Shown here in pieces: positions 1-11,877 of a stretch of DNA of 64,000 nt. A model generated the notes under the pieces. It made no database searches and was not told the DNA's origin. It saw only the letters and a program-made list of their open reading frames with translations. The DNA is taken from assembly GCF_037042905.1 (NCBI RefSeq), contig NC_087246.1:21390001-21454000 (forward strand), read 5' to 3'. The stretch comes from Lytechinus pictus (lineage: Eukaryota). The translations under genes and the position numbers were made by a program. Each line of letters starts with the position of its first letter. The first letter of the stretch is position 1.

Positions 1-514
1 TCTATTACAGCTCCTCCTTGTAGTACACTAACTTTAACAAAACCTTGTTCTACCTTTCTCGTACTGACTTCACCGATACCTAGAGAAGGTAACATGTCGG
101 TTTGGGGGTCTCTCCATCGATACCATTTTGACGAGTATAGTCAATTACATTATGGGATTGTTGTTTGTAGGTGCAAGATAACGTTGGCTTGACACTCGAG
201 GTTCACCTGCGAATGTGCAGAAGTATCGTCAACCAAAAGTCACGCAGCAAAATAGCTCTTTTTCTCGAAGCACTTCTCTTGCCATTCTTCAAAACCTTGT
301 GGATATCCCCTCCAAAAATCGAATTCGACAATAATTAGGATAGTAAAAACATATAGGACCTATAGTCAATCATAACATTGCTCGGACTTGTTTGATGTAA
401 CTCTAAAGTGAAGAAATGAGTAAGTAGGCTCTTTTTTTTTGAACGAGTCCACTCATTGGTATTCATAATGCATATAGCATATATCATTATTCGTTTATTT
501 GATGTACGATAAAA

Positions 515-627
515 CAGCAATGTGGATAAAATGCCTTGCTCAAGGGCATAAGTGCCGTGTCGGGATTCGAACCCCCGATCATCGGGTCTTCAAACAATCG
601 CCTTATACCACTCGGCCACGGCACCTC
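515..627 (-). mobile_element. tRNA-derived SINE (head and start of body)
   Basis: Minus strand reads GTGGCCGAGTGG (A box) ... GGTTCGAATCCC (B box), then CCCTTGAGCAAGGCATT, a typical SINE body segment. No tRNA acceptor-stem end. Confidence 0.8.
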
Positions 628-2829
628 TAACTTTGTTATCCGATTGTCTGATCAAATTTGATTTGTATGAGGATTTCTGAGTACCGATAAAATACTCTTT
701 AGATCTAAATTTCATTACTACAAAAGTGTTGCATTTTTTGTATTTCACAATTGAAAACATGAAATCGCATGTATTCCTCTAAAACTTTACATAAGGAATA
801 TGACAGTACGAAACATGAAAGTTCGGGGGGTCCATTTAAAAATGATCGAAAATAAAATACAGGGTAAAAGCAGGAGATTGAAGCGTCCGAGCTTACAAAA
901 ATATCTTATTTTCATTTGAAAATTGATAAAGGATCATGGATTTTAAGAAAATTTGCACTGAACAGTATTTGTTGAAAATATTCCTGCTGCCAATGCTTAC
1001 TGTCAGGAACCGTCATCTGAAAGTTCATTCTCTTGGTACAATTTCATGTAAATCACTCGTCAATCGATTCCGTCAATATAACTCTCTAATAATAAAAATA
1101 TTCATAAAGATATTTCGACCCATATAATCTTTAAGATGGCTGTATATTCTCATATTGTTTTGTTATGCAAGTTGTCATGGAGATTGAGAGAAACCATCAA
1201 TACAGTGCTCCACTTTTTATTCACTATTTATTCATAACCACGATAATAACCGTTGATCGTGTGGATTTATCCTTCAAATATATATCATTTCATATTTTCC
1301 ATTCTCGCTCATTCGGCTGTCAGTGCTACCTCAAACTCCTATAATTACCATGATTAATACGATATTGAAAAAAAAAAGGTTCATTTGAAATTCGCAATGA
1401 GAGGAAAACCTGGCATCAAGAAAATCGATAACAAATATTGAAATGGAAACCCCGAACAGGCCACCATTTTTCTTTTTAGGAAAATTTTCACATCGTATTT
1501 TGGTATAATTGACATTTTTTTATAGAGAGGTGTTGATTTAATATGATGAGCATAGGAGGATACATCATTCCATATCTCATATCGTCATCTTGTAAAGATG
1601 ACGACTAATCTATTCATTGAAAGCCGTCGAAATCATAATTCCTCTTCTCGAAGGCGTACACAAAAAGAAAAATAATATCCTGAACAATGTGTGACCGTTT
1701 TGGTAACATGGAATACTTTGAGCGGACGTGCATAAAACATGCATTTCAAAATGATAAAAAAACTGGATAGACATCAATTACAGAAATATTAATCCAGGCA
1801 GATGAGGCTGTCTCCGGCTTTCCATATGGGTAAATTATAATTACACTTCCCAGACCTCAATTTTTGAATGTATATTTCTTTCTCGTTTCCTTTTTTTTGC
1901 ATCCTTCTTTTTTTTTAATCAGGGGGTGATCACCCCTCCCCCCTGATGGCAACGACGCTCCTGCTTGTATACTATTTCAAAAAACTAAACATACGAATAA
2001 TTCACTATGTCTGCTATAAGCAAAACGATTAACAACCAATTAACATGGATTCGTCCTGCAATTTACTTGATACGGTTTTGGGACATGGTGGAGGACTAGC
2101 TTGGTGTGGCTAAAGGAGGAAAATGTTTGCGATCATTTGTTAATCGCCAATTACCAATAAAATTCTCATTGTTGCTTGCGCATTTGGGTAGAAAATATGA
2201 CCAGGAACCAATCAAAATGATGATTTCATGTTTTCATTTTATCGCAAATTTTTGTTACGGGGGGTCAGGATTTCGTGTTTACTTAATAACTGAATGGCAG
2301 GATACGACAAACTTTTTCCCGAAACGTAGCATGAAAAATTTGAAGGGAACGACCTCATCGGAAAGATGTTTCCAGACAACGCTTGATTGGATTTAAGATT
2401 TCATTAAACTGAAGTTTAAGCTTTTTTTATAGACAAAGCGTCATAATTTCGCAAGTGGCTCTTTTAATTTTATGAACTTTGAATCGGTGGCGCCTTATTA
2501 ACTTCACAATTAATGTTTGCATTGCTATCTCGTAACTATCACGTTTGAGAAAGCGCGATTTCAATGTTATTGATAGTCGCGACAAACACTTCATATTTGT
2601 GTAGACATGGAAAAGGCCAATGGGTGTCCCGGTCTTAAAGTACTTTCTCAGAGATTTCTTATTATTTTAGAACGAATGTCGGTTGTGTCGGTAGGTAGCC
2701 GATTAGCATTTATTTAAAGGGGAACTGAATTCACAAAACAGTGAGTCTCGTACAGGCCTATACGCATTACTTATACCATTTCATTAACATCGTAATTGGA
2801 AATACATTGTAATTTTTTATATTATATTT

Positions 2830-2985
2830 ATCGTAGAATAGCCTTAAAAACGGGCATACTGGAGCTTTTCGATATGCACCCATTGGAGTAAAATTACATT
2901 ATTGACCAGTCATTCATGCGATTTTACTCCGATGAGTGCATGTCGAAAGCTTTAAATATGTAAGTTTTTAAGGCTATTTTACGAT
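2830..2985. repeat. Imperfect fold-back palindrome (MITE-like)
   Basis: ATCGTAGAATAGCCTTAAAAAC...GCACCCATTGGAGTAAAAT pairs with ATTTTACTCCGATGAGTGC...GTTTTTAAGGCTATTTTACGAT. Arms are about 70 bp. Confidence 0.75.
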
Positions 2986-4055
2986 TTGGGGTACCAAACA
3001 CTTATTTATATATTTATATGACTCATTTTATCTCCATTGATAAACAAGAATGTATGAAAGCATGCCAAAAAAATGAATGTTTGTTTTGGCAAATAAAGTC
3101 ATAGTACTGAAAAGATAAGGAAATTTAGGAAATAATTTGTAATGCAAAAGTTCTTATCAAAATGTTAAATCTTGGATATTATACAGGGTCTATGATTTTA
3201 ATGATGTGTAAGTCTTCAAATGGCAATGTTAAAAGTCGTTTTGACATAAAGGATCTTATATGTTTAAAATAAAAGTTCAGTATTGTGAAATTATTGGCAA
3301 ACGGCGCCTAATTTTGCGTCCTTCTTAAAAGATCCGAACTCTTCGACAAACGTCAGAAAATTGTTGTTCTTTTCACGCAAATGACATTAAAGTTGTATAA
3401 GCAAAATATAATTCTTTGCAATCATTACACCTTTATATTTAACTTTCCAATGAATCTCAATCTTTATCAATGTCCCTTCCGAAAAATACCAGTTTATTGA
3501 CCTTATAACTGAGAACTGCGAGCTCGTTGATGACAAAGCATTCTGAGATCACGATGGCACCAACAGACTTTGACAAACTATCCGCATAACTAGTTGGAGT
3601 GGTCTTTTTGCACTTGTTTTGAATATATTATGAATTTCATTGATTATGTATATAATATTAGAAACTTTTGTTTTAACATTTATTATTTTGATTCGCGCGT
3701 AGTAATATAGATCCACAATGTTCTGGCAGTCATTGACCTACCATTTCCTATAAATCTGCGATTGCTTATACTATTGCATACATATAGCTCCGGATAAAAG
3801 TCTGAAGATCTCATTGAATCCATATTATATCGATGTTGAAGCTACATAAATCCATTTTGCACCCAGCGTTGCCATTTGGGAATTTCCATGAAATTTTGTT
3901 AGGATTTTCAGAAGCCTTTAGGGATGGAAAAAATTATTTGGGGATATAAATAAATTTGGGGATTTTTTGCTTATTTTTGAAGGTTTTGGTGAAAGGCAGA
4001 AAATTTCGCTCTTTTTCTGTAACCTCTATGAATGCGATCTACTAAGATAGTTGCC

Positions 4056-5266
4056 ACCTTTCGCAATCCTCACGGACGCTAATATTAGGGTCCCCTAACA
4101 CAAAAGTTGACGCTTAATCAAACACTTGATTTTTAAGATTGATTTTACAATATAGTCATTAGAATTAAACGTAGAAAACTGCTCTACAATCAATGCTAAG
4201 ATTTGTATTACAGGGGGGTTACAGGCCTTACAGATCTGCTTTTCGTGTGCAAAATTCTTTCCCGCGACACCCGCACCATACATGCATGTACATTACGACT
4301 GGTGGCTAGAGATATTTCGAAATGCAGGACCTAAAATAGAATATGACATGGATAAGAAAGTGTTTTTTCAAACAAATCGAGTACATATTGAGTGAGGAAA
4401 ACCTTACTGAATTAAGGCTTAGATATAGATCATTACAGTCCATCGAATCGATATTGCATTTAATGTGGATTATTGGTGGATGACTGGCAATTGATTCCAT
4501 GGGTCAGATCACCTATCCAGCCGAAACCATTTCGCTGGCGTTGATATGTACACAGCGTGCGTATGCAATACGTTTGAACATGCGGGTTTCTTTTGTTTCT
4601 TTTTTTTACTCCTTCTACACAAACGATACGCCTCGAGCACACGATGTAATGGGCATTATGTTTTACTTTCCCCAGAAATGGGGGATTAGATTCAAATTCC
4701 GGGGGGACCACTTCCATTGATGAGTGGATACCAGGCACGACCATGGGGTTTCGAAAAGTACCCTAAACAGGGGAAGCAAGTCTTTTTCAGATTATGAAAA
4801 TGCATCTTTTAACAAGTATTTGGCTTGTGAAACCCTACAAGTATTGGAAATTTTTCCCTTTTTTCAGTATTTAAATCATCGTTTTTTACACCTTTATAAC
4901 GTTACATAGGCCTATACGAAACGTACTTAACCACTCTTTCCCTTTTTACGCGTGGTTGCGCCTGGAATCCACTCTTCAATGGAAGTGGGCCCCCCGGGCG
5001 GCCTCTCGAGCTCTGGGAGGAACCAAATGTGGATATGGAAAGTCGTCCTAAATCGGATATATCGCTGTTACCATAGTAGCAACCAGAATTTTGCACACGA
5101 AACGCAAATTGAATGTTTCCGTTCCAGATGCGAAACGAAAAAAAATCTCATGTCACACAATTTGCATTGCAGGACAGAGTTTTACGACCATGACGACGGG
5201 CCCAAAAGTCACTTCCAAAATCAACTAACGTCGTAAATAAGCGGTCGCGTTCTTCCAACGAAAGGT
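4056..5266 (+). mobile_element. ~1.2 kb composite non-autonomous TIR element, copy 1
   Basis: Ends ACCTTTCG / CGAAAGGT. Closely similar copies lie at 12032-13241 (+) and about 11878-13898 (-). Contains an inner MITE. Confidence 0.8.
4699..4998. mobile_element. Inner MITE with CCGGGGG(G/A)CCACTTCCATTGA termini
   Basis: Long TIRs: CCGGGGGGACCACTTCCATTGATGAGTGGATACCAGG versus CCTGGAATCCACTCTTCAATGGAAGTGGGCCCCCCGGG. Same terminal family as 31534-32097. Confidence 0.75.
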
Positions 5267-7373
5267 CGGGAGTATCAGCGCATGTCCTACGCAATCTCAA
5301 TGATGGCACACTGATCATGAACTTAGTACGATACAATGGCAGTGTTGCCAATCTAAAGTTTCCCAGCCGAATTGGGGTTACGTTGCGTCGTTACGTCATT
5401 GTTGAAAAAATGTGAACAGGCAAAGCATGCACAATCTCACTTTTGGGCAACAAAAATTATCCTTTTTCTGAAATTATTGTGTTTAGATCCAATTAGGGGA
5501 TTTTAAGGCATTTTTAAGGGATTTTTTTTCAGCTTGGACGTGGCAAAACTGTTCGTACCATCCATAGCGAGTGACTGAATAGCAGTCCCCTGATTATCAC
5601 CATCACTGATTACCAACACTTACATTCAAAGATTCATTCTCTTTTAAATGCTAATTGGATGATTAAGGTATGAAATAATCATCTAATCACATACGGAACA
5701 TAAGCCCATTCCCGTGATAACATGTTTGTAAGGATACTTTTACACCATTTACATGATTTAAGAGTGTTATAGACATCGTTGGTTATATCAAAATGCTATA
5801 TGTTTGTCTCGGTACAGGTCATGGATATTCATGAACGTATACCATTAGATAATTCGATAGCCCCCTTCTTCATCGTCTTACTATACTTCCTGTATATGTT
5901 CTTAGGTGTTGAATTTCGGGAATAATGTAGTTTAGATGTCTATTATGATTGTGACGATTGCTGATGGTCGGTTTCTGGAGTCGATTTCAGCAGAGTGATT
6001 GTGGCATCAGCTCTCTTCTATCTAGTATTATCATGCAAGGTGCATGCCAATGGGAGATCATTGTCTCTTTCGAGCTATCTCGATAGTTACCTGAGAATAT
6101 CAAACCACAGGTGTTTCCATTTGGTTCGAAATAAAATAATCTGTCTTCTTCTCAATCAAATAGTATCAGGTCATTTTCTTCAGTTCGCTTATGTGAATAA
6201 GACCCGTGAACACGGTGAATACAACGTGCGAGATTATTACATTCTTTAAAATCCTGCATTTCTTTCTTTGAAATAGGAAACGAAAATCTTGAGCATTATC
6301 ACGTGAAATGATGCGAGAATATATTAAGTTGAAGGAATATAAAACTCTGTACTTTTGTTCTGAGATTGCCAACGCGAATATGGTGAAAGATATGCATGAA
6401 TAGATGTTTTAAGACCGGCAAGTATAATTTTCTTTGCAATCATTATGTTCATGCATGGTTTTTCTTCAACGTGCTGGGAAAGGACTCATGAATAGGAATC
6501 GAATGAATATTTTATTGATCATGCTTTCCGCCATTTTGTACCGTTGTCATGCCTGCATGTATAACGTTTTCTTATTGCTAACTTTAAGAAGGGTGAAAAG
6601 AAGTTGAAAGAATTAATTAAATTATTTTTTCTATTAATTTTTCCTCAATCTCTTATTAATTACAAATTAACTGATTAACAATCTTATGCTGTCACGAGTG
6701 TGTTTATTTTGCTTTAATTTTTGCGGTTTGATGAAAATAAATAGCCACATCATTTCATGTTCTTTGATTAATACCAAGAGTCAAAGATTGCTGCTTTATG
6801 CCTGTTTTCATATAAAAAAAATGAACTAATTGCAAAACTTTATTTGAGGTTGAGGAATTATCAAATTATGTTAAAGTGAGATGGATAAACGCCCTACAGA
6901 ATGCACATACGATATTATTCATAGAAAATGTGCTTTTTTTTTCTTTCTCAGTGCATTTTTTTAATAATTTTTTTTGAACAACTTACTTAAACATGTAAGG
7001 ATATGAGACATTTTAATATAATTTTTTATTTCGTTAAGTTCCGCCCTTTTAATCTTCTGATATACCTACCCCGAAACAATATTGTCTTTGACCATGTTTC
7101 TCTCCGTATTGAATTCTCTCCGACGGTGTTTACTCCCCCTCGAGCATCAGGGACTAGACAAAGAATTAATGACGATTTGGTCGTTGACTCAGACGATGAT
7201 GACGGTGCCTGGAGGTGTTCACCGACTTTGAGTCCCTGAAGTTGATCTTCGATATTGCCATGAAGACATCACAATGAAAGGTCAACGACATTATGGAATT
7301 ATTTAGAATGAACGTATTGAATCTCTTCGAGAGGTTATTATGACATCATCAAGGCCATAATCATCTTAAACTT

Positions 7374-7605
7374 CATCATCATCATCATTAGCATCATTAT
7401 CGTCATCACCATTATCATCATCATCATCATCATCATCACCACCATTATCATCATCGTCATCAGCATCTAATAACATCAACATGATGATGGTGGTTCACAG
7501 TATAGGCGCACGCATAAATACATCATCGCAACTACCACCACCACCACCATTATCATCATCTTTATCATCGTCGTCGTCGTCGTCAAATTCATCAACATCA
7601 TCACT
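7374..7605. repeat. (CAT/CAC/CGT)n trinucleotide low-complexity tract
   Basis: Direct reading of catcatcat, accaccacc and tcgtcgtcg runs. Confidence 0.9.
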
Positions 7606-8084
7606 ATCAGATTCATATCCTCATCATATGTGGTTGTTCATTAATTCATTACCACTCGCATTTAACATTTATAGCTTGTACCAAGAGACGTAAGCTTCGC
7701 CTAAGTTCGGATTAGATCCTGCAATATATAGAGTTTTAATCCAACCTGATTTCGACAAATGCATGCAGCTAGTAAACAATCCATTTCACTCGAAATGCTG
7801 TGCATTGCTCTTTGCAAGTATTAGTTAGTACATAAAGACTTAGGTCTGAATTAGAATAAAACCTTTAAATCGGATTGATCAATATCTTACTTGATGTTTT
7901 ATTCATGTTCAGAGAGGGACAGCCAGAGAATGGGGTGTGTGTAAGTGAGACAGGGGAATTACATAGCGCAAGAAATAGTCTCTTATACTACAAACTAAAA
8001 TACACTGATAACTTCAAAATGTATATTGCACTCTCAATTAGATAGTGGTGATTTGTTTTGTACCTGATTGCTAAGAAAGCACGA

Positions 8085-8247
8085 ATGCTTAAAAGCAAGC
8101 AACCAGAGGACCGACGGCTTAAGGTCCTCTCCGAGGGACCTGGTAATGAGGATTAATGCCTTACCAAAGGGCACCGGCGCACCAAGTGGGAATGGAACCC
8201 GGGTCACCGGAATCCGAAACCCCCGCTATACCGAATGAGCTATCGCT
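8085..8247 (-). mobile_element. tRNA-derived SINE with V-domain-like core
   Basis: Minus strand has GATAGCTCATTCGG (A box), GGGTTCCATTCCC (B box), CCCTTTGGTAAGGCATT and TCGGAGAGGACCTTAAGCCGTCGGTCC. Confidence 0.7.
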
Positions 8248-8555
8248 CAAGCATTTTGCTTGAAAATGTATGCTATGCAAAGCTTCTTGTTTTCTTTCAA
8301 AGTCTGTCATACCAATATTGGCATTTTTTTAATAATAAGAGAGTGTGCTTCATTATAAAATATAATGTGAAAATGAGAGTTTGGGAGAAAGTATTCCTTT
8401 GAAATACCCAGACACGTCAGAGGAAGGCTCACCACATGTCATGTGAATGGCAGTTGCTCGCATGCAATTGTCCACAAAAATAAAAACTTAAGTTTTGTCA
8501 AACCTTCGTAAATATGTTTCTCTTAGGCCCATTTTATGCTTTTACTCAAACCAAT

Positions 8556-9737
8556 TGGTAACGGCCCGTTACCTAATCACATGGTAGAGTTTTATACAAC
8601 TAGAATGCTGTAAACCAATTCCTAAATCTTATGTCCCATGTTTAATGAGCATCATAAGAGGCTTTAACATTTAACCTTTACATGTTTTACATCTAACATA
8701 CCATCAGTGTCCGATCTAGATGTGTTAATCCCGATGCGTGTTTTGCCCTTTTAAATTTCATTCGGCAATTCTATTGCGCTGCATTCTTTTGAACCATCTT
8801 GACCGTAGATACGAACTTGTTCCCTTGCTAGTTTCAGCAGAAGGTAGCTTAATGACACTGGCGTACAGATGGGAGTGTTTGTGTGTGTGTGAGGGTGTGT
8901 GTGTGTGTGTGTGGGGGGGGTGATGACACTTTCCCCATTAATTGCACGATAGAGATAGAGGGGGGAAAGAAAGGGGAATGGGTAGAATATAAAATTATAA
9001 TATTCATTATAAAAAACAACAACAATATTCTTATTTTAAAAGATTATATATTTCGGAATCGCTCGCTCGTTTACTCATGACTATTCAATTCAAAATGCAA
9101 AATTTATATCGTATTTCATGTTCAGCCCCCTATAAAAGTATGGAGCCATTATGCCGATATTTGGTAACAGCCTGATACTGAATTACATGGTAGAGTTTTG
9201 TATAACTAAAATGCTGTAAACCAATTGCTACAACTTATGTCCCATGTTTAATGAGCATCATAAGTGGCTTTAAAATCTAACCTTTACGTGTTTTACATCT
9301 AACATACCATCAGTGTCCGATATGGATGTGTTAATCCCGATGCGTGTTTTGCCCTTTTAAATTTCATTCGGCAATTTCATTGCGCTGCATTCTTTTGAAC
9401 CATCTTGACCGTAGAGACAAACTTATTCCCTTGCTAGTTTCAGCACAAGGTAGCTTAATGACACTGGCGTACAGATGGGAGTGTGTGTGTGTGTGTGTGT
9501 GTGTGTGGGGGGGGGGTGATGACACCTTCCCCATTAATTCCACGATAGAGATAGAGAGGGGAAAGAAAGGGGAATGGATAGAATGTAGAATTATTATATT
9601 TATTATTTAAAAAAAAAATCTTATTTTAAAAGCTTATATATTTCGGGAAACGCTCGCTCGTTCACTCGCGACTATTCAAAATTTGTATCGGATGTCATGT
9701 TCAGCCCCCTCAAAAAGTATGGACCCACTATGCCGAT
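8556..9737 (+). repeat. Direct tandem duplication, 2 x ~0.6 kb
   Basis: 8556-9160 aligns to 9161-9737. Near-identical spurious ORFs at 8738 and 9344 give an offset of 606. Each copy has a CACTGGCGTAC terminus and a (GT)n tract. Confidence 0.9.
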
Positions 9738-10574
9738 GAATATTTATTTCGTCATTAATCAACATGAATATGATCTTGATAAATCTAAGTTAAAAATAAT
9801 AAACAGATTCTTCGCTCCTTGTAACAATTTTCAGTGAAGTTCCGCCCGTTTCGCTTTCACTTACATTAAAGGATTAAATCTATACTCATAAATCATGTAA
9901 ATTAAATATTGTTAGGCGAGCGGGTAATTTTTTAGCGATCTCTTAAAGCAGACTAATTATGCTATATTAATAAAATTGAGTCGTCTGGTGGCGCTTCTTT
10001 CCTGACCGTCTGTTCTCAACAGGTTGCTAAATATCTAGAATGTGACCTTTGAAGTTCCCGCCATAAAGTAATTGATCTGGAGTAGCCAGCCGACAAATAG
10101 GTATCTCATGGGCTCGTTGTTGTATGGCCCGTATTTTATCCTCCCTCTCCCCTGTATTGCTTGTTGAATAGAAAAATTCCTTGGGAAGAACGTCGTTATC
10201 GTAATATAATACAAATTTTAATAACAGAGGTTTTCATATAGCGCATATTACAGTGAAATTCAGCGCAATATATTTGACCCAGCTGCCTATTACTCATTTT
10301 TTTTAATAAGTGTATTTTTCAAAGTATTTTCAGAGTATTTTCAAATGAACTATTGTATCATTAAATTTCATTTTCTAACAGGGTGTATTTCTATTAATGG
10401 GAGATTGGGATATTAAGCCTATAGCACCTAGGATTATTTATTTTATCAATGGTTAGATCATTTGTTTTCATTATTAGGCATGTTGTATAATTGAATTAAC
10501 ATTTCAAATACTGAAATTGTTCGAATGACCGATAAATGAACTGATAAACTTTATACCAGGTTACAAGTATAAAT

Positions 10575-10720
10575 ATTCCGCTTTTTATATAGCTCTTATA
10601 TCACGTCGAAACGATATTATGGGCGCTTTATACAGATTATTACCCCTGTCAACGAATTCTGGCTTGCCCGCATATTACGCACAATTTCCAATACCTTGGG
10701 AGTGTTCCAACAACGAACAC
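10575..10720 (-). mobile_element. 3' tail fragment of the SINE family seen at 34.6 kb
   Basis: Reverse complement of ...GGGGTAATAATCTGTATAAAGCGCCC...GAGCTATATAAAAAGCGGA, matching the tail at 34860-34945. Confidence 0.55.
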
Positions 10721-11521
10721 TCAAGACTTTCTAACAGTACGTTACATGTTTTCATGGATATAATGTCCTACGTACGTAATTACGGTGTGGGAGTAATTAG
10801 TTTTTAGCTATTTATAATCATGGAGAAATAAAATATTTCCATTATGAAATAAGTGTGTTAAATATACCGCCCCCATTTGTACATATTGTATGATATACAT
10901 GATATAAGAGCTTCATTTGATATTCAAGACACATTGAGATCGAGTCTTGAACGCCATACCAAACACGGTAAAGCTCTGCAGTCATGCAGATCAAAACTAT
11001 CGTTGATTATGACAAGCCGATTAAACTAAAAGTAAAATGGGACATAATAGCTTAATAACAAAAAAATATAGGTCTAAATCACATAACATATAACTTTTTC
11101 CTCCAAAGATTGCAAAAGCCACTTTTTCTTTGGTTTAAATTTGACCTTTTTTCGATATCCCAAATTAGCGTAGATTCAATGTTGTTTTCTTTTAGATTCC
11201 ATATGTATTTTGAGAGTTGAGTTTCATTCCGGTATCTTTCATGCTTAAATGATTTAATGTGGTTTCTATATCTATCTTTTAATGTCCCCCCCCTGCAAGC
11301 CCAAAGTAGTTTTTCTCTTCATTGCCATGTCGGATCGTCAATAGTCAATAACGTCAGTCTGCCTGAAGATCGCCTCAAGTTCGGATGTGAAACCGCCGCG
11401 GCGAAAGTGCGCCAAAATTATAATTTGGCGCACTTTCAACTCATTCTGGCCCACGTTCAAAATTAAAGCATTAAGCACTTTGCACAATCATCGGCATCTA
11501 CACATCTAAGGATATTATATA

Positions 11522-11870
11522 CAGTGCGTCCCACAAAAAACGAAACCGAAATTAAGCGATGATTTATCATAACTTAATCATAAATACAATAGACAAATGA
11601 CCGATCAATGTAAAGCTTAGAATCTCCTCTTCAATCTGATATTACTTGGATTATTTTTTCATTCACGCATGAGTGAGCAAAAACAATTTGAAGAAAGGAT
11701 ACCAAAAACTCATTTGGCGGGGGGTTTCTGAATTTCAAAAAGAAATCACATGCCTAAAAAGTTCAATATCTGCTCTTTTATTTGATACCTTAATCACAAA
11801 AAAATGGTCAAGAAGTAAAAAAGTCATGTTCCCTCGAAACGATGCTTGTATTTCCATAATTTCATTAAAT
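11522..11870. mobile_element. Tc1/mariner-type MITE, one end only
   Basis: TA followed by CAGTGCGTCCCACAAAAAACGAAACC, a Tc1/mariner-style terminus. The other end is not found and the element abuts the next repeat. Confidence 0.5.
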
Positions 11871-11877
11871 ATACTGA

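Larger units (their letters stand above)
3864..5551. mobile_element. Old hAT-like non-autonomous element hosting a nested insertion
   Basis: Termini CAGCGTTGCCA / TGGCAAAACTG. The flanking 8-mers TTTGCACC / TTCGTACC match 6/8, consistent with a degraded 8-bp TSD. Confidence 0.5.

Noticed and set aside
515-627. tRNA genes at A-box/B-box sites (also 8.2, 28.1, 34.6, 46.2 and 52.7 kb)
   Set aside because: No complete cloverleaf is evident and each continues into SINE body sequence.
3500-7270. Open minus-strand frames at about 3500-3615 and 7060-7270 as exons of an upstream gene
   Set aside because: Splice sites are weak and no domain is recognisable, so they cannot be supported without transcripts.
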